Positions 21,377 to 33,162 of a DNA stretch of 64,000 nt are shown here, piece after piece; the stretch's first letter is position 1; every line of letters starts with the position of its first letter. Under the pieces are notes generated by a model that saw only the letters and a program-made list of their open reading frames with translations, ran no database searches and was not told the DNA's origin. The stretch is from NCBI GenBank assembly GCA_963733195.1, contig CAVTCR010000071.1, positions 96,001-160,000 of the forward strand, in the 5' to 3' direction. The translations under genes were made by a program, and so were the position numbers. This DNA is from an uncultured delta proteobacterium. Its GTDB lineage: Bacteria; Desulfobacterota; Binatia; Bin18.

Positions 21377-22009
21377 TTACACTTTAGAATACAACTCAAC
21401 AATGAGCTGTTCGTTGACCGGCAGATTTAGTTGTGCGCGAGTTGGCAGTGCACGAACTCGACCGGTAAACGTATCCTTGTTTATCTCCAGCCACTCAGGT
21501 ACTCCTCGGCGCTGGGTAAGGTCCACAGATTCCTGAATGCGAGAAATCTTCCGACTTGCTTCTTTGACTTGGACTTCGTCTCCTGAATCAACGAGGTAAG
21601 AAGGGATGGTCACACGCCGTTGGTTCACCAGGAAGTGCCCATGTCGAACTAACTGCCGTGCTTCTGCTCGCGAGGTAGCAAACCCCATCCGGTACACCAT
21701 ATTATCGAGCCGTCGTTCGAGAAAGGTGACTAAGTTTTCGCCAGTAATCCCTTTCTGCCGCTCAGCGAGACCAAAGAAACGGCGGAACGGCATTTCAAGC
21801 ATGCCATAGATCCGGCGCAGCTTCTGCTTTTCACGCAACTGTACACTATACTCAGTCGCCTTTTTCCCACGTCCTTGTCCATGTTGTCCAGGTGGATAGC
21901 TCCTCCTCTCAATCGCACACTTGTCGGTGTAACACCGCTCCCCTTTGAGAAAGAGCTTGATCCCTTCACGCCGGCACAGCCGGCATACCGGACCGATATG
22001 TCGAGCCAC
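21377..22009 (-). CDS. rpsD: 30S ribosomal protein S4
   Basis: [20 protein letters not shown] and IVELYSK. Confidence 0.98.
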   Translation of the reverse strand: MARHIGPVCRLCRREGIKLFLKGERCYTDKCAIERRSYPPGQHGQGRGKKATEYSVQLREKQKLRRIYGMLEMPFRRFFGLAERQKGITGENLVTFLERRLDNMVYRMGFATSRAEARQLVRHGHFLVNQRRVTIPSYLVDSGDEVQVKEASRKISRIQESVDLTQRRGVPEWLEINKDTFTGRVRALPTRAQLNLPVNEQLIVELYSKV

Positions 22010-22083
22010 AAAAACCTCCTGATTCTTCCGTTACCCGTGCAAGTTACGTGTCTCCAAAATAAGTGGTGACACTGTCGTGCCGG

Positions 22084-22491
22084 TCACACTCTCCGGCGCT
22101 TCGGCGGACGGCAGCCATTATGCGGAATCGGCGTCACATCACGAATGACGTTGATTGCAAATCCCGCAGCTTGGAGCGATCGAAGAGCTGATTCTCGCCC
22201 TGCACCCGGCCCTTTGACATGGACTTGAACACTGCGCATTCCCGCGTCAGCGGCTTTGCGAGCTGCACTCTCTGCAGCAACCTGGGCGGCAAAGGGCGTA
22301 CCCTTCCGGGATCCTTTGAAGCCGACTGTTCCGGCACTCGCCCACGCCACCACATTGCCTTGCGGGTCGGTAATGCTAACAATCGTATTATTAAACGTCG
22401 AATGGATGCACACCACCCCTTCGGGAACCGCTTTGCGGGTTTTCTTTTTCCGTGGTGCTGCTGAACGTTCTGCTGCAGCCGCTTTCGCCAT
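22084..22491 (-). CDS. rpsK: 30S ribosomal protein S11
   Basis: STFNNT and [18 protein letters not shown]. Confidence 0.98.
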   Translation of the reverse strand: MAKAAAAERSAAPRKKKTRKAVPEGVVCIHSTFNNTIVSITDPQGNVVAWASAGTVGFKGSRKGTPFAAQVAAESAARKAADAGMRSVQVHVKGPGAGRESALRSLQAAGFAINVIRDVTPIPHNGCRPPKRRRV

Positions 22492-22520
22492 GAACAGTCT
22501 CCTCTATACGCCGTGAACAG

Positions 22521-22901
22521 TTATTTCGTTGGGGCCTGTTTTCTACCCGCAACAGTACGCCGTGGCCCTTTGCGCGTGCGCGAGTTTGTTCGCGTTCGCT
22601 GTCCTCGTACTGGTAGATTTTTCCGGTGACGGAGTCCACGATACGATCCAATATCAAGATGTCGTTTAATCGAACCTGTCACATCGCGTCGCAAGTCACC
22701 TTCCACCCGATAGCTTTGGTCAATGACACGGCGAATATTGACCACTTCTTCATCCGTTAGGTCGTCCGTTTTTTTGCCTAGGGGAACCCCGGCTTGCGAT
22801 AAGATCTGCCCTGCTATGGCTCTGCCAATGCCGTAAATGTAGGTCAGGGCAATTTCTGATCTCTTATTCCGAGGCAATTCAATACCAGCAATACGTGCCA
22901 T
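22521..22901 (-). CDS. rpsM: 30S ribosomal protein S13
   Basis: MARIAG and [17 protein letters not shown]. Confidence 0.98.
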   Translation of the reverse strand: MARIAGIELPRNKRSEIALTYIYGIGRAIAGQILSQAGVPLGKKTDDLTDEEVVNIRRVIDQSYRVEGDLRRDVTGSIKRHLDIGSYRGLRHRKNLPVRGQRTRTNSRTRKGPRRTVAGRKQAPTK

Positions 22902-22938
22902 ACAGATCCTCCGCTACGTCTTTCGCTCTTGTCTTCCC

Positions 22939-23052
22939 CTATCCCTGCCGTTGTTTATGGCGCGGGTTCTCGCAAATGACGCGAATCACACCAGCCCGAC
23001 GGATGATTTTACATTTTCGACAGATTTGTTTCACAGAAGCTCGTACTTTCAT
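22939..23052 (-). CDS. rpmJ: 50S ribosomal protein L36 (not in the ORF track)
   Basis: Hand translation [37 protein letters not shown]. Confidence 0.96.
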   Translation of the reverse strand: MKVRASVKQICRKCKIIRRAGVIRVICENPRHKQRQG

Positions 23053-23079
23053 ACACACTTCCCTCTCTCATGTCGCTCT

Positions 23080-23847
23080 TTACAAACGACTGAGTACCTG
23101 AGGCCCTTTCTCTGTGATCGCCACTGAGTGTTCAAAATGAGCAGAGAGACTTCCATCTTTCGTGACTGCGGTCCAGCCATCACTTTTCAACATGACATCA
23201 GCATGACCAGCATTCACCATTGGCTCTATAGCGATGACCATTCCTTCGCGTAATCGTACTCCCCGGTCTCGCGTACCATAGTTCGGAACTGCCGGGTCCT
23301 CATGCAAGCGCCGTCCAACACCATGGCCGACAAATTCACGCACGATAGAAAATCCGTTTCTTTCAACGCGTTCCTGGATGGCCGCGGCAATATTACCTAA
23401 CCGGGTCCCTACCTGTGCCTGAGCAATTCCTTCGTCCAATGCCGCCGCTGTCGTTTCAATCAGTCGCTGCGCTGCCTCTTCCACACGGCCGAGTGCAAAG
23501 GTTACCGCCGCATCTCCATAGAAATCACGGTAGATCACACCAAAATCGAGGCTTACCACGTCCCCTTCCTTTAACACTCTTTGGGAAGAGGGGATGCCAT
23601 GGACGACCTCGTCGTTAAGCGAGATACAAATTGTCGCCGGAAACGGCACAGTCCCATTGCGCATCTGGTAGCCTTTGAAAGCAGAACGAGCACCATTCTT
23701 CTTGATCAGGTCAGTAGCAATCCGATCAATCTCTCCAGTCGAAATTCCCGGACGAACAACTTCACGCAATTCCGCTAGGATCTCGCTGACGATGCGGTTT
23801 GCTGTGCGCATAATCTCGATTTCCTGTGGAGATTTGAGAAAGATCAT
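23080..23847 (-). CDS. map: Methionine aminopeptidase type I
   Basis: NDEVVHGIP, GHGVG, IAIEPM and SAHFEHS. Confidence 0.97.
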   Translation of the reverse strand: MIFLKSPQEIEIMRTANRIVSEILAELREVVRPGISTGEIDRIATDLIKKNGARSAFKGYQMRNGTVPFPATICISLNDEVVHGIPSSQRVLKEGDVVSLDFGVIYRDFYGDAAVTFALGRVEEAAQRLIETTAAALDEGIAQAQVGTRLGNIAAAIQERVERNGFSIVREFVGHGVGRRLHEDPAVPNYGTRDRGVRLREGMVIAIEPMVNAGHADVMLKSDGWTAVTKDGSLSAHFEHSVAITEKGPQVLSRL

Positions 23848-24509
23848 GAGGCAGCTGAGGACTGGAGGGTTTTCAGCATCTGCGTAATTCGTTCCGATAC
23901 TTCTTCAAGTTTTCCAGTTCCATCGATATCGTGTAATAGCGAACGATCACGATAATACGAAAGCAACGGAGCTGTCGAACGTTCGTAGACTTCGAGTCGG
24001 GCATTAATCGTCTCCGACTTATCATCACTTCGCTGATACAACTCCCCCTGACATGAGTCACAGACTCCTGTTTTCTTTGGCGGATTGAACAATTCGTGAT
24101 ACATCGCTTGACATGACCGACACACCCATCGCCCACCGAGGCGAGCAACTAGCTCTTGTCTGGGAACAACGATACTGACCACGGCATTAAGACGGCGCTG
24201 ATGCCGGGCGAGTTCTTTGCTCAATGCCTCAGCCTGAGCGATGGTTCGCGGAAATCCATCAAGCAAAAACCCCGGGGTGCAATCAGGCTTTTGGATACGC
24301 TCCGCCACGAGGTCTGTCACGAGTTGATCAGGGACAAGTTCTCCCCTATCCATGAATGCTTGTGCTTGTTTCCCTAAGGCTGTTCCTGCACGGGCAGCTT
24401 CACGGAGAAGGTCACCAGTAGAAATCTGTGGAATCCCGAACACTCCTTGTAGCTCTCGAGCCTGAGTTCCTTTTCCTGCCCCAGGTGGACCGAGGAGCAC
24501 GATACGCAT
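23844..24509 (-). CDS. adk: Adenylate kinase
   Basis: GPPGAGKGT, LLDGFPRT and a zinc-lid CxxC...CxxC. Confidence 0.97.
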   Translation of the reverse strand: MRIVLLGPPGAGKGTQARELQGVFGIPQISTGDLLREAARAGTALGKQAQAFMDRGELVPDQLVTDLVAERIQKPDCTPGFLLDGFPRTIAQAEALSKELARHQRRLNAVVSIVVPRQELVARLGGRWVCRSCQAMYHELFNPPKKTGVCDSCQGELYQRSDDKSETINARLEVYERSTAPLLSYYRDRSLLHDIDGTGKLEEVSERITQMLKTLQSSAAS

Positions 24510-25831
24510 CAGCTTATCCTCCCACTCGTCCGGCCACGTAAACGCCCACGCTTCATGAACCCTTCGTAGTTGCGCATAATAATCTGCGTCTCAATCTGCG
24601 CAACCGTATCGAGAGCAACTCCGACAACAATGAGTAAAGCCGTTCCGCCAAAATAGAAAGGCACATTCAGCGAACCGATGAGAAGGGTCGGGAGAACACA
24701 AACAAGGGAGATATAAATTGCTCCACTCAGCGTAATACGGCTGAGGATACGGTCCATATATTCAGCTGTGCGTTGTCCAGGACGAATGCCCGGAATGAAG
24801 CCGCCATTCTTCTTCATATTGTCGGCAACATCGACAGGGTTAAATACCACTGCGGTATAAAAATAACAAAAGAAAATTATCAGCACGACGTAGAAGAACT
24901 CGTACATCAAATTTCCTGGGGTCAACGCATCGCCGAGAGACTTCATCCACGGATTATCCGCAAATCCAGCAATCGTGGCAGGAAAAACCAATACTGACGA
25001 AGCAAAAATCGGAGGGATAACACCAGCGGTGTTAATCTTGAGCGGGAGATGGGAAGTCTGGCCTCCATACACTCGGCGCCCAACTACGCGTTTTGCATAC
25101 TGCACCGGAATACGTCGGTGCCCCCGCTCCATCACAATCACTGCTGCGATAACAACAACCATCAACACGAGGATAAGGAGAACAGCAAAAATACTTAACT
25201 CTCCTTCTCGCACAAACTCCATAGTCGACGTAATCGCAGAGGGAATACTCGCAACAATACCAGCAAATATAATGAGGGAGATACCATTCCCTATTCCACG
25301 CTCGGTGATTTGTTCGCCGAGCCACATAATGAACGCGGTTCCAGCAGAAAGAGTAATCACAGTCATTAAACGGAACTTCCATCCTGGCTCAAATACGACT
25401 GATCCTCCACTGGGTGTTTGAATCTGCTCCAACCCCATGCTGATGAAAAGCCCCTGTAAGAGCGCTAATGCAATAGTGCCGTATCGAGTATATTGGGTAA
25501 TTTTTCTCCGCCCTAACTCTCCCTCTTTAGAAAGTCGCTCCAGAGGCGGAAGTACGACCGTTAACAACTGCAAGATGATAGAAGCACTAATGTAGGGCAT
25601 AATGCCCAATGCAAAGATAGAAAACCGCTCGAGTGCTCCCCCCGAAAAAAGATTGACAAGTCCGAAGACGGTATTTCGCGCTTGTTCAAAAAAAACAGCT
25701 AAGGCTTGCCCATCAATTCCTGGGGTTGGAATCGCTACACCGACACGGTAGATGGCAAGCATCGCAAACGTAAAGAAGATACGCTTGCGGAGTTCAGCTA
25801 TCTTGGTCGCGTTCTGGAAACCTTCGATCAT
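24509..25831 (-). CDS. secY: Preprotein translocase SecY
   Basis: [27 protein letters not shown] and IPGIRPG. Confidence 0.98.
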   Translation of the reverse strand: MIEGFQNATKIAELRKRIFFTFAMLAIYRVGVAIPTPGIDGQALAVFFEQARNTVFGLVNLFSGGALERFSIFALGIMPYISASIILQLLTVVLPPLERLSKEGELGRRKITQYTRYGTIALALLQGLFISMGLEQIQTPSGGSVVFEPGWKFRLMTVITLSAGTAFIMWLGEQITERGIGNGISLIIFAGIVASIPSAITSTMEFVREGELSIFAVLLILVLMVVVIAAVIVMERGHRRIPVQYAKRVVGRRVYGGQTSHLPLKINTAGVIPPIFASSVLVFPATIAGFADNPWMKSLGDALTPGNLMYEFFYVVLIIFFCYFYTAVVFNPVDVADNMKKNGGFIPGIRPGQRTAEYMDRILSRITLSGAIYISLVCVLPTLLIGSLNVPFYFGGTALLIVVGVALDTVAQIETQIIMRNYEGFMKRGRLRGRTSGRIS

Positions 25832-25833
25832 GG

Positions 25834-26274
25834 TCAAACGACCTCGATGGTCCCCCCTGATGCAGCGATCTTTTCCTGCGCCTGTTTACTAAAAGCCTGA
25901 GCCTTCACTGTAAGTGCTTTAGTAAGGGTACCATCAGCCAGGATTTTAATCTTTTTCTTGGCGTTTTTCACTAAGCCCACTTTGATGAGCGTATCCGAAT
26001 CGACAATCGATCCTGCGTCAAACCGTTCCAGGCTGCCGATGTTCACGATACTAAATTCTTCACGGAACAGGTTATGAAACCCGTACTTCGGTAATCGTCG
26101 GGATAGCGGCATTTGCCCACCTTCGTATCCTGGAGGAGTATTACCACCAGAGCGAGAACCACGTCCCTTGTGCCCTTTACCGGAAGTTTTTCCATGTCCA
26201 GACCCAGGGCCTCGACCTATACGCTTGCTTTTTTTCGTCGCTCCAGCGGCCGGGCGCAAATGACTAAGATCCAT
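25834..26274 (-). CDS. rplO: 50S ribosomal protein L15
   Basis: [18 protein letters not shown] and EGGQMPL. Confidence 0.97.
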   Translation of the reverse strand: MDLSHLRPAAGATKKSKRIGRGPGSGHGKTSGKGHKGRGSRSGGNTPPGYEGGQMPLSRRLPKYGFHNLFREEFSIVNIGSLERFDAGSIVDSDTLIKVGLVKNAKKKIKILADGTLTKALTVKAQAFSKQAQEKIAASGGTIEVV

Positions 26275-26467
26275 GTTCTTTTACCTCGATGAGATGCCCT
26301 ACAGTGCGCAACATCCCTTGAACCGACGGCGAATCATGACGAAGGGTCGTTTTTTCTCTATGCGTGAGCCCAAGTCCGCGCAAGGTTTCACGCTGTCGGC
26401 GGGTGCATCCAATCCCACTTCGTTTGAGTGTAATCTGTAGGACTTTTCCCTTCGATTGTTCAGCCAT
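26264..26467 (-). CDS. rpmD: 50S ribosomal protein L30
   Basis: ITLKRS.IG...TLRGLGL; position in the spc operon. Confidence 0.9.
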   Translation of the reverse strand: MAEQSKGKVLQITLKRSGIGCTRRQRETLRGLGLTHREKTTLRHDSPSVQGMLRTVGHLIEVKEHGS

Positions 26468-26481
26468 AACTATACTCACTC

Positions 26482-26991
26482 TTAACGAATTTCGGCTATG
26501 CTTTTTCCTCTTCGCTCCGCGACTTGCGTAGGAATAGAGAGGCTACGCAACGCTTCGAGGGTAGCACGAACTGAATTATGCGGATTCGTCGAGCCGAGAC
26601 ATTTTGTCAGGGCATCTTTGACTCCGGCGAGTTCCATCACCGCGCGTACGCCTCCACCGGCAATGAGCCCCGTCCCTTGCGAGGCAGGCTTCAGAAAGAC
26701 TCGGCCAGCGCCATACTTTCCTATCACTTCATGTGGGATTGTCCCTTCAGCCAGTGGCACTTGGATAAGGGACTTTTTCGCCTGTTCAATTCCTTTGCGG
26801 ATGGCCTCGGGAACTTCGTGCGCTTTCCCGAGACCATATCCAACATGTCCAGATCCATCCCCCGCGACGACAACAGCACTGAAACTGAAACGTCGTCCAC
26901 CTTTCACCACTTTGCTCACGCGGCTGATATGGACAACTTTCTCTTTGATCTCGAGCCCGTCAGAACTAATACGCTCTATAATTTCCGCCAA
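26482..26991 (-). CDS. rpsE: 30S ribosomal protein S5
   Basis: [14 protein letters not shown] and [12 protein letters not shown]. Confidence 0.98.
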   Translation of the reverse strand: MAEIIERISSDGLEIKEKVVHISRVSKVVKGGRRFSFSAVVVAGDGSGHVGYGLGKAHEVPEAIRKGIEQAKKSLIQVPLAEGTIPHEVIGKYGAGRVFLKPASQGTGLIAGGGVRAVMELAGVKDALTKCLGSTNPHNSVRATLEALRSLSIPTQVAERRGKSIAEIR

Positions 26992-27001
26992 TTTCTACTC
27001 C

Positions 27002-27370
27002 TTAAAATTGTAACCCAGCTTCGCGTGCGGCTTCGGCTACCGCACGGATGCGCCCATGATACAGAAAGCCATTGCGATCGAAAATGACCTGGGCAATTCC
27101 TTTTTCTTGGCACTTGCGCGCGATAAGGGAGCCGACTTCTTTCGCGGCGTCAATATTTGCTGTCTTCTTGAGAGTCGATCGCAGCTCTGAGGAAAGTGTC
27201 GAAACTGCCGTTAATGTTGCCCCACTCTCATCGGAAATAACTTGTGCATACATATGCCGCCCACTGCGATAGATGCACAGTCGGGGCCGCGCGTTCGTAC
27301 CATGGGTCTGTCGGCGGACTCGCCCTTGCCGTAGGGTGCGAGCACGTTCTCGAGGATTAGTGCGTGCCAT
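27002..27370 (-). CDS. rplR: 50S ribosomal protein L18
   Basis: RPRL..YRS and [12 protein letters not shown]. Confidence 0.97.
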   Translation of the reverse strand: MARTNPRERARTLRQGRVRRQTHGTNARPRLCIYRSGRHMYAQVISDESGATLTAVSTLSSELRSTLKKTANIDAAKEVGSLIARKCQEKGIAQVIFDRNGFLYHGRIRAVAEAAREAGLQF

Positions 27371-27378
27371 AGTCTACT

Positions 27379-27924
27379 TTACTTCGCTCCGGCGGTTTTG
27401 CCGGCCTTTCTTCGAATTGTTTCCTCAGCGTACTTAATGCCCTTCGCCTTATAAGGATCAGGCGGACGGAGGCGACGGATCGCAACCGCTACTTCGCCGA
27501 TCAGTTGTTTATCTATTCCCTCAAGCGTGATAACGGTTTGGCGATCAATCTTCGCCTGAATTCCATCTGGAAGTTGAAACATGATCGGGTGAGAATATCC
27601 TAGGCTAAATTGTACTGCCGCTTTTCCGACAGCCTCAGCTCGATACCCCACTCCACTAATCTCCAGGGTGCGAGTGAATCCTTTACTTACTCCCTCGACC
27701 ATATTGGCAATGAGTTTACGTGTCATGCCGTGAATGGCTTTTGCGCGACGTGATTCTTCTGCGCGCGACACAACGATTCCGCCATCCTTCATTTGCACAG
27801 TCACACAAGGATCGACCGCTACCTCGAGCTGGCCTTTTGCTCCTTGCGCGGCAACTTTTCCGTCTTGAACGGAAATCTTTACTTTATCTGGTACCGGCAC
27901 TGGCCAGCGTCCAATACCTGCCAT
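27379..27924 (-). CDS. rplF: 50S ribosomal protein L6
   Basis: GVGYRA, LGYSHP and PDPYKAKGIKY. Confidence 0.97.
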   Translation of the reverse strand: MAGIGRWPVPVPDKVKISVQDGKVAAQGAKGQLEVAVDPCVTVQMKDGGIVVSRAEESRRAKAIHGMTRKLIANMVEGVSKGFTRTLEISGVGYRAEAVGKAAVQFSLGYSHPIMFQLPDGIQAKIDRQTVITLEGIDKQLIGEVAVAIRRLRPPDPYKAKGIKYAEETIRRKAGKTAGAK

Positions 27925-27951
27925 GTCCGCGTTTCTCCTCTCGGCCGAGTA

Positions 27952-28347
27952 TTACCACAGGCTACAAAGAATCTCGCCACCGACGCGTTGTTTTCGCGCT
28001 TCTCGGTCAGCCATAATGCCCCGAGAAGTCGAAAGGATATTCACTCCAAGTCCATTTTGTACTAGCGGAATATCACTTGTGCCTGCATAGGTGCGTAAAC
28101 TTGGTTTGCTCACACGCTTTACACCGCGTAGCACCGGTTGCCCAGCTGAGTCATATTTGAGCCATACGCGCAGCAGCGGGCGTCCTTTTTCTTCAATTTT
28201 CGCGTATTCTTTCAGAAATCCTTCTTCAATGACAACTTTAATGACGGACTCTTTGAGACGCGACCACGGTGCATCAACCCGTTCCTTGTGTGCATGTAGG
28301 CCGTTACGAATGCTGGTCAGCAAATCAGCGATGGGATCGGTTCGCAT
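27952..28347 (-). CDS. rpsH: 30S ribosomal protein S8
   Basis: DPIADLLTSIRN, SKPSLR and GGEILC. Confidence 0.97.
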   Translation of the reverse strand: MRTDPIADLLTSIRNGLHAHKERVDAPWSRLKESVIKVVIEEGFLKEYAKIEEKGRPLLRVWLKYDSAGQPVLRGVKRVSKPSLRTYAGTSDIPLVQNGLGVNILSTSRGIMADREARKQRVGGEILCSLW

Positions 28348-28359
28348 CCTTCATTCTCC

Positions 28360-28545
28360 TTACCAGCTCGCTTTGGTGAGGCCAGGAATCTGTCCTTTAA
28401 GAGCATAGTTGCGAAGACAGATTCGACACATGCGAAATCGACGATAGAAAGCGCGCGCTCGACCGCATAATCCACAGCGGTTATACTGTCTCACAGAAAA
28501 CTTCTGTTTGCGTTGTGCTTTAATCCGTAAAGACGTGCGTGCCAT
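28360..28545 (-). CDS. rpsN: 30S ribosomal protein S14, zinc-binding type Z
   Basis: YNRCGLCGR...CRICLR...IPG..KASW. Confidence 0.96.
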   Translation of the reverse strand: MARTSLRIKAQRKQKFSVRQYNRCGLCGRARAFYRRFRMCRICLRNYALKGQIPGLTKASW

Positions 28546-28551
28546 AACTCT

Positions 28552-29094
28552 TTAACTCCGGAAGGGCATTCCTAAGGCGCGCAGGAGTGCTCGCCCTTCA
28601 GCGTCCGTTTGTGCTGATGTCACAAAAGAACAAGTAAATCCCTTCACTTGCTCGACTTTATCGATATTGATTTCAGGGAAGATAGTATGTTCGCGGATAC
28701 CTAACGAATAGTTACCGCGACCATCAAAAGCCTTCTCTGAGACACCCTGAAAATCTCGTACACGCGGAAGGGCCACACTGACGAGACGGTCAAGAAATTC
28801 ATACATGCGATCACCGTGCAAGGTCACGGCACATCCAATCGCTACCCCTTCACGCAGTTTAAAGTTCGCGATCGACTTATGAGCCTTGGTTACTATTGGT
28901 TTCTGCCCCGTGATCTGTGTCAGGTCGCTCACACCGGTCTCAAGGATCTTCGCGTTTTGTACCGCCTCCCCAAGCCCCATATTCACCACGATTTTCAGGA
29001 GGCGTGGAATCTGCATCACGTTGGCGTACCCGAGTTCTTGCTTAAGGGCAGGAACGACTTTCTGTTTATAAAACTCTTTAAGACGTGCTGCCAT
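28552..29094 (-). CDS. rplE: 50S ribosomal protein L5
   Basis: ITGQKP, LPRVRDF and FDGRGNY. Confidence 0.98.
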   Translation of the reverse strand: MAARLKEFYKQKVVPALKQELGYANVMQIPRLLKIVVNMGLGEAVQNAKILETGVSDLTQITGQKPIVTKAHKSIANFKLREGVAIGCAVTLHGDRMYEFLDRLVSVALPRVRDFQGVSEKAFDGRGNYSLGIREHTIFPEINIDKVEQVKGFTCSFVTSAQTDAEGRALLRALGMPFRS

Positions 29095-29096
29095 AA

Positions 29097-29417
29097 TTAC
29101 TTGTCCAACAGTTCGTTACAGCGTCTGCAGAATCGCGCTTTGCTTCCATCTTGCAAAACTCGGGTGCCCACACGGACCGGCGCATTACAGCGTTCACACA
29201 TAGGCATCAAGTTAGAGAGATGGATCGACGCTTCTTTTTCGACGATGCCTCCTGGGCTTTGAGGTCCTCGGGGTTTAGTATGGCGTTTAACGATGTTCAA
29301 ACGCTCCACAACCGCACGATTCTCCTCGGATAGTACACGCAGGACCTTACCGATCTTGCCATGCTCTTTTCCGGCAATAACCATGACAGTATCGTTCTTT
29401 TTTACTCGCGCTAACAT
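29097..29417 (-). CDS. rplX: 50S ribosomal protein L24
   Basis: KKNDTV.VIAGKE.GK.G and EASIHLSN. Confidence 0.96.
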   Translation of the reverse strand: MLARVKKNDTVMVIAGKEHGKIGKVLRVLSEENRAVVERLNIVKRHTKPRGPQSPGGIVEKEASIHLSNLMPMCERCNAPVRVGTRVLQDGSKARFCRRCNELLDK

Positions 29418-29426
29418 GGCTTCTTC

Positions 29427-29795
29427 CTACAATACTTCTGGGGCAAGAGAGATAATCTTCATGAATCGTTTCGCACGTAACTCTCGTGCAACTGGGCCGA
29501 AAATACGAGTTCCAATCGGTTCACGCTGGTTATCCAAAAGGACGGCTGAGTTGTTGTCAAAACGAATGTACGAGCCATCAGGGCGACCTATTTCTTTAGC
29601 CGTGCGGACGATCACTGCACGCATGACATCGCCTTTTTTCACTTTCGCATTCGGTATGGCTTCACGAATAGACACCACAATCTCGTCCCCAATAGATGCA
29701 TACCGCCTGCGCGTCCCACCCAGTACCCGTACACAACGGACCTTGCGTGCGCCAGAGTTGTCGGCCACATCTAAGATGGTCTCAACCTGAATCAT
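29427..29795 (-). CDS. rplN: 50S ribosomal protein L14
   Basis: [19 protein letters not shown] and SLAPEVL. Confidence 0.98.
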   Translation of the reverse strand: MIQVETILDVADNSGARKVRCVRVLGGTRRRYASIGDEIVVSIREAIPNAKVKKGDVMRAVIVRTAKEIGRPDGSYIRFDNNSAVLLDNQREPIGTRIFGPVARELRAKRFMKIISLAPEVL

Positions 29796-29820
29796 AGTAC
29801 ACTTTCCCCCTGGCCCACTC

Positions 29821-30078
29821 TTATTTTGTCGCTGCCTGTTTTAATATAGAACGTACAAGCCAGCGCTTTTCACGACTCAGAGGTCTTGTTTCGACGATCG
29901 CAACTTGATCGCCGATATGGCAACTGTTCTCTGGATCGTGAGCTTTATATTTTTTGCGTTGTCGAACGTATTTTTTATACACAGGGTGCTGTACGAAGCG
30001 TTCGACCAAAACCACCACGGTCTTGTCCATTTTGTCGCTTACCACAACGCCCTGCCGTTCTTTTCTCTGCCCTGGCAC
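29821..30078 (-). CDS. rpsQ: 30S ribosomal protein S17
   Basis: [14 protein letters not shown] and ETRPLS. Confidence 0.97.
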   Translation of the reverse strand: MPGQRKERQGVVVSDKMDKTVVVLVERFVQHPVYKKYVRQRKKYKAHDPENSCHIGDQVAIVETRPLSREKRWLVRSILKQAATK

Positions 30079-30083
30079 GATGG

Positions 30084-30290
30084 TTATTCTCCTCTTGTTG
30101 CACGAAGACGCTGCTCGTGTCGAATCGTCTTGATCCGTGCGAGATCGCGCCGAAGTTTACGAACCAACATCGGATTCTCTAACTGTCCAGTACTTCGGCG
30201 TAATCGCAAGCGGAAGAGTTCCTCTGCCGTATCACTCTCCTTTTGCTGTGCTTCGCTGTCAGTCAAATCGCGAATTTCCTTAGCTTGCAT
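30084..30290 (-). CDS. rpmC: 50S ribosomal protein L29
   Basis: ELFRLR...GQLENP...RRDLARIKT. Confidence 0.95.
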   Translation of the reverse strand: MQAKEIRDLTDSEAQQKESDTAEELFRLRLRRSTGQLENPMLVRKLRRDLARIKTIRHEQRLRATRGE

Positions 30291-30705
30291 AGGTTGCTCC
30301 GCGGCGCTCACAGAACTGCGTGTTCACTGAGAGTTTATGAGCTGCCAACCGTAAGGCTTCTTGGGCAACATCACGGGGAATGCCCTCCATTTCAAAAAGC
30401 ATGCGTCCGGGTTTGACTGGGGCAACCCAAGCCTCCGGTGGTCCTTTTCCTTTCCCCATCCGTGTTTCCGCTGGCTTCTTCGTTACTGGCTTATCCGGAA
30501 AAATGCGGACCCACACTCGTCCACCACGTTTCACGTGACGCGTTAACGCAACACGAGCTGCTTCAATCTCACGTGCAGTAATCCAGCCTCGCTCAAGAGT
30601 TTTCAGGCCGAAATCTCCAAATGCAAGGGAGACTCCACGGTGAGCGTCTCCATACATTCGCCCGCGTTGCTGTTTTCGATATTTGACTTTCTTCGGCGCT
30701 AGCAT
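30280..30705 (-). CDS. rplP: 50S ribosomal protein L16
   Basis: [12 protein letters not shown] and ETRMGKGKG. Confidence 0.98.
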   Translation of the reverse strand: MLAPKKVKYRKQQRGRMYGDAHRGVSLAFGDFGLKTLERGWITAREIEAARVALTRHVKRGGRVWVRIFPDKPVTKKPAETRMGKGKGPPEAWVAPVKPGRMLFEMEGIPRDVAQEALRLAAHKLSVNTQFCERRGATYAS

Positions 30706-30715
30706 GATCAGCTCC

Positions 30716-31378
30716 TTAGGCGCTCAACGCCGTTCGCTGTTGCTCTTCTTCTCGGGTGATGATCTCTCCCCGCATTATCCACACCTTGACCCCGATAATT
30801 CCGTAGGTCGTCTTCGCTTCGGCTACTCCATAGCTAATGTCTGCCCGAATAGTGTGAAGTGGAACTCGTCCTTCGCGGTACCATTCGGTACGGGCAATTT
30901 CTGCTCCAGCCAACCGCCCCGAACACCGAACCTTCACTCCTTGCGCCCCCATGCGTATGGCACGCGTCACACATTCCTTCATGGCTCGGCGAAACGCCAC
31001 CCGCCGCTCAAGTTGGAGAGCCACATTCTCAGAAACGAGCTGGGCATCAAGATCCGGGCGACGTACCTCATGAATGTTGAGATAGACTTCCCGATTGGAC
31101 AGTTTGGCAAGTTCGGCTTTGAGCTTCTCTATCTCCGCTCCCTTCTTGCCAATTACAATTCCTGGACGCGCAGTATGAATATTAATTTTCGCTTTATTAG
31201 CAGCCCGCTCAATCTCAATCTTTGCTATTCCTGCGTGTTGCAACCGTTTCTTGATAAAATTACGGACACGGATATCGTCGTGCAAAAAATGAGCATAGTC
31301 TTTTTCTGCAAACCATCGCGATTCCCATCCTTCAATGACGCCTAAGCGAAATCCTTTTGGGTGTACCTTTTGCCCCAT
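30716..31378 (-). CDS. rpsC: 30S ribosomal protein S3
   Basis: [23 protein letters not shown] and GRVPLHT. Confidence 0.98.
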   Translation of the reverse strand: MGQKVHPKGFRLGVIEGWESRWFAEKDYAHFLHDDIRVRNFIKKRLQHAGIAKIEIERAANKAKINIHTARPGIVIGKKGAEIEKLKAELAKLSNREVYLNIHEVRRPDLDAQLVSENVALQLERRVAFRRAMKECVTRAIRMGAQGVKVRCSGRLAGAEIARTEWYREGRVPLHTIRADISYGVAEAKTTYGIIGVKVWIMRGEIITREEEQQRTALSA

Positions 31379-31393
31379 GCTCGACTCCCTATA

Positions 31394-31726
31394 TTACCGC
31401 TCTTCGACGATAACAGTAAAATGACTTGTCCGTTTGCGAATCGGTGTAGCTCGCCCGTGTGCTCGCGGAGTGAAACGTTTCCAGGTCGTACCTCCATCAA
31501 CGTAGGTTGCCTTGACGTACAACTTGTCTGGGTCGACATTCTGAGTGTCGGTTGCGTTGGCAACAGCGGAGCGCAGGGTTTTTGCAAGTATCCGCGCCGC
31601 CTTCTTTGGTGTAAATCTGAGGATAGCAAATGCCTGCTCAACCTGTTTTCCGCGAATCAGGTCGGCAACTAAACGACCTTTTTGCGGAGAAATGCGCACT
31701 TGGCGTAAAATCGCCCTAGCTTCCAT
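31394..31726 (-). CDS. rplV: 50S ribosomal protein L22
   Basis: RISPQK.RLVADLIRG and PRAHGRA. Confidence 0.97.
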   Translation of the reverse strand: MEARAILRQVRISPQKGRLVADLIRGKQVEQAFAILRFTPKKAARILAKTLRSAVANATDTQNVDPDKLYVKATYVDGGTTWKRFTPRAHGRATPIRKRTSHFTVIVEER

Positions 31727-31737
31727 GATATCCGCTC

Positions 31738-32034
31738 CTATGCTTTTGCTGGCGCCTTTTTGACCTCGCCTTTACGGTCACCAGAATGACTGTAGAAGGT
31801 TCGTGTCGGTGAAAACTCTCCCAATTTGTGTCCAACCATATTCTCAGTCACGTAAACCGGAACGAACTTTTTGCCATTGTGGACCGCAAACGTATATCCA
31901 ATCATTTCAGGAGTGATGGTCGAACGCCGGGACCATGTCTTCACAACTTGCTTGTTGCCACTAGAGATAAGGGCTTCAACTTTCTTCAGAAGATGGTCAT
32001 CGACAAATGGGCCTTTTTTTACCGAGCGTGGCAT
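31738..32034 (-). CDS. rpsS: 30S ribosomal protein S19
   Basis: [15 protein letters not shown] and GHKLGEF. Confidence 0.98.
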   Translation of the reverse strand: MPRSVKKGPFVDDHLLKKVEALISSGNKQVVKTWSRRSTITPEMIGYTFAVHNGKKFVPVYVTENMVGHKLGEFSPTRTFYSHSGDRKGEVKKAPAKA

Positions 32035-32040
32035 AGAAAT

Positions 32041-32865
32041 CTACTTCTTCTTTCTTTTTTGCATGATGTACTTATCAGTGCGCGGATTCTTTCTCGTCTT
32101 ATATCCTTTTGCGAGGACTCCCCACGGACTCTGTGGATGATTTCCTTTTCCACGCCCTTCGCCACCACCCATGGGATGATCGACAGGGTTCATTGCTACT
32201 CCGCGAACATGCGGGCGGCGACCAAGCCAGCGCGAGCGGCCTGCCTTTCCTATAGATATATTCTCATGATCGAGGTTGCCGACTTGCCCGATAGTGGCTC
32301 GACATTTTATGTATACACGACGAACTTCTCCGGAGGGAAGTTTCACCGCTGCGTAGTCACCTTCTTTTGCCATCAACTGCGCAGCCACACCAGCGCTACG
32401 AACGAGTTGCCCACCTTTTCCCAATTTGAGCTCGACGTTATGGATCATCGTGCCAAGCGGGATATTACTCAACGGGAGGGCATTCCCCGGCTTAATATCG
32501 GCCTCTTCCCCTGACATCACACTGTCTCCGACCGATAGTCCCACTGGGGAAAGGATGTAACGTTTCTCCCCATCAACGTAATGAAGGAGTGCAAGGTGAG
32601 CAGAGCGATTTGGGTCATATTCGATCGCAGCGACCTTTGCCGCAATTCCATCTTTTTCACGACGAAAATCAATAATGCGATATCGGCGTTTGTGTCCCCC
32701 GCCGCGATATCGCATGGTGACGCGGCCTCGATTATTCCGCCCACCGCTCTCACGATGCGGAGCAAGGAGAGATCGTTCTGGCGCTTTTTTACTCAAGTCG
32801 CTGAAATCGACAACACTTTGGAAACGCCGTGCAGTCGATGTCGGCTTATATTGTCTAACAGCCAT
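32041..32865 (-). CDS. rplB: 50S ribosomal protein L2
   Basis: EYDPNRSA and [14 protein letters not shown]. Confidence 0.98.
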   Translation of the reverse strand: MAVRQYKPTSTARRFQSVVDFSDLSKKAPERSLLAPHRESGGRNNRGRVTMRYRGGGHKRRYRIIDFRREKDGIAAKVAAIEYDPNRSAHLALLHYVDGEKRYILSPVGLSVGDSVMSGEEADIKPGNALPLSNIPLGTMIHNVELKLGKGGQLVRSAGVAAQLMAKEGDYAAVKLPSGEVRRVYIKCRATIGQVGNLDHENISIGKAGRSRWLGRRPHVRGVAMNPVDHPMGGGEGRGKGNHPQSPWGVLAKGYKTRKNPRTDKYIMQKRKKK

Positions 32866-32868
32866 GAA

Positions 32869-33162
32869 TTAGGCTCCCTCAAAAAAGTCGATGCGGTTAC
32901 CTTCAGCGAGGGTTACGTACGCTTTTTTCCAAGCAGATCGTCGTCCTACGGATTTGCCAACACGCCGCTGTTTTCCGAGATACTGGATTGTGTGTATCTT
33001 TTTTACTTTTACCTTAAACAGTGTCTCGATTGCCCGTTTGATCGCTCCCTTGTCGGCCTCTGGGCGAACGCGAAAAATAATCTGATTCCCGGTCTCATTC
33101 ACTAGCGTCGCTTTCTCAGTAATGAGAGGAGCAGTGAGAACCGAATAGATATCCCTGCTCAT
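32869..33162 (-). CDS. rplW: 50S ribosomal protein L23
   Basis: PLITEKA and WKKAYVTL. Confidence 0.96.
   Translation of the reverse strand: MSRDIYSVLTAPLITEKATLVNETGNQIIFRVRPEADKGAIKRAIETLFKVKVKKIHTIQYLGKQRRVGKSVGRRSAWKKAYVTLAEGNRIDFFEGA

Noticed and set aside
23053-23079. infA absent between map and rpmJ
   Set aside because: infA position varies, and it is often elsewhere in delta-proteobacteria-like genomes.
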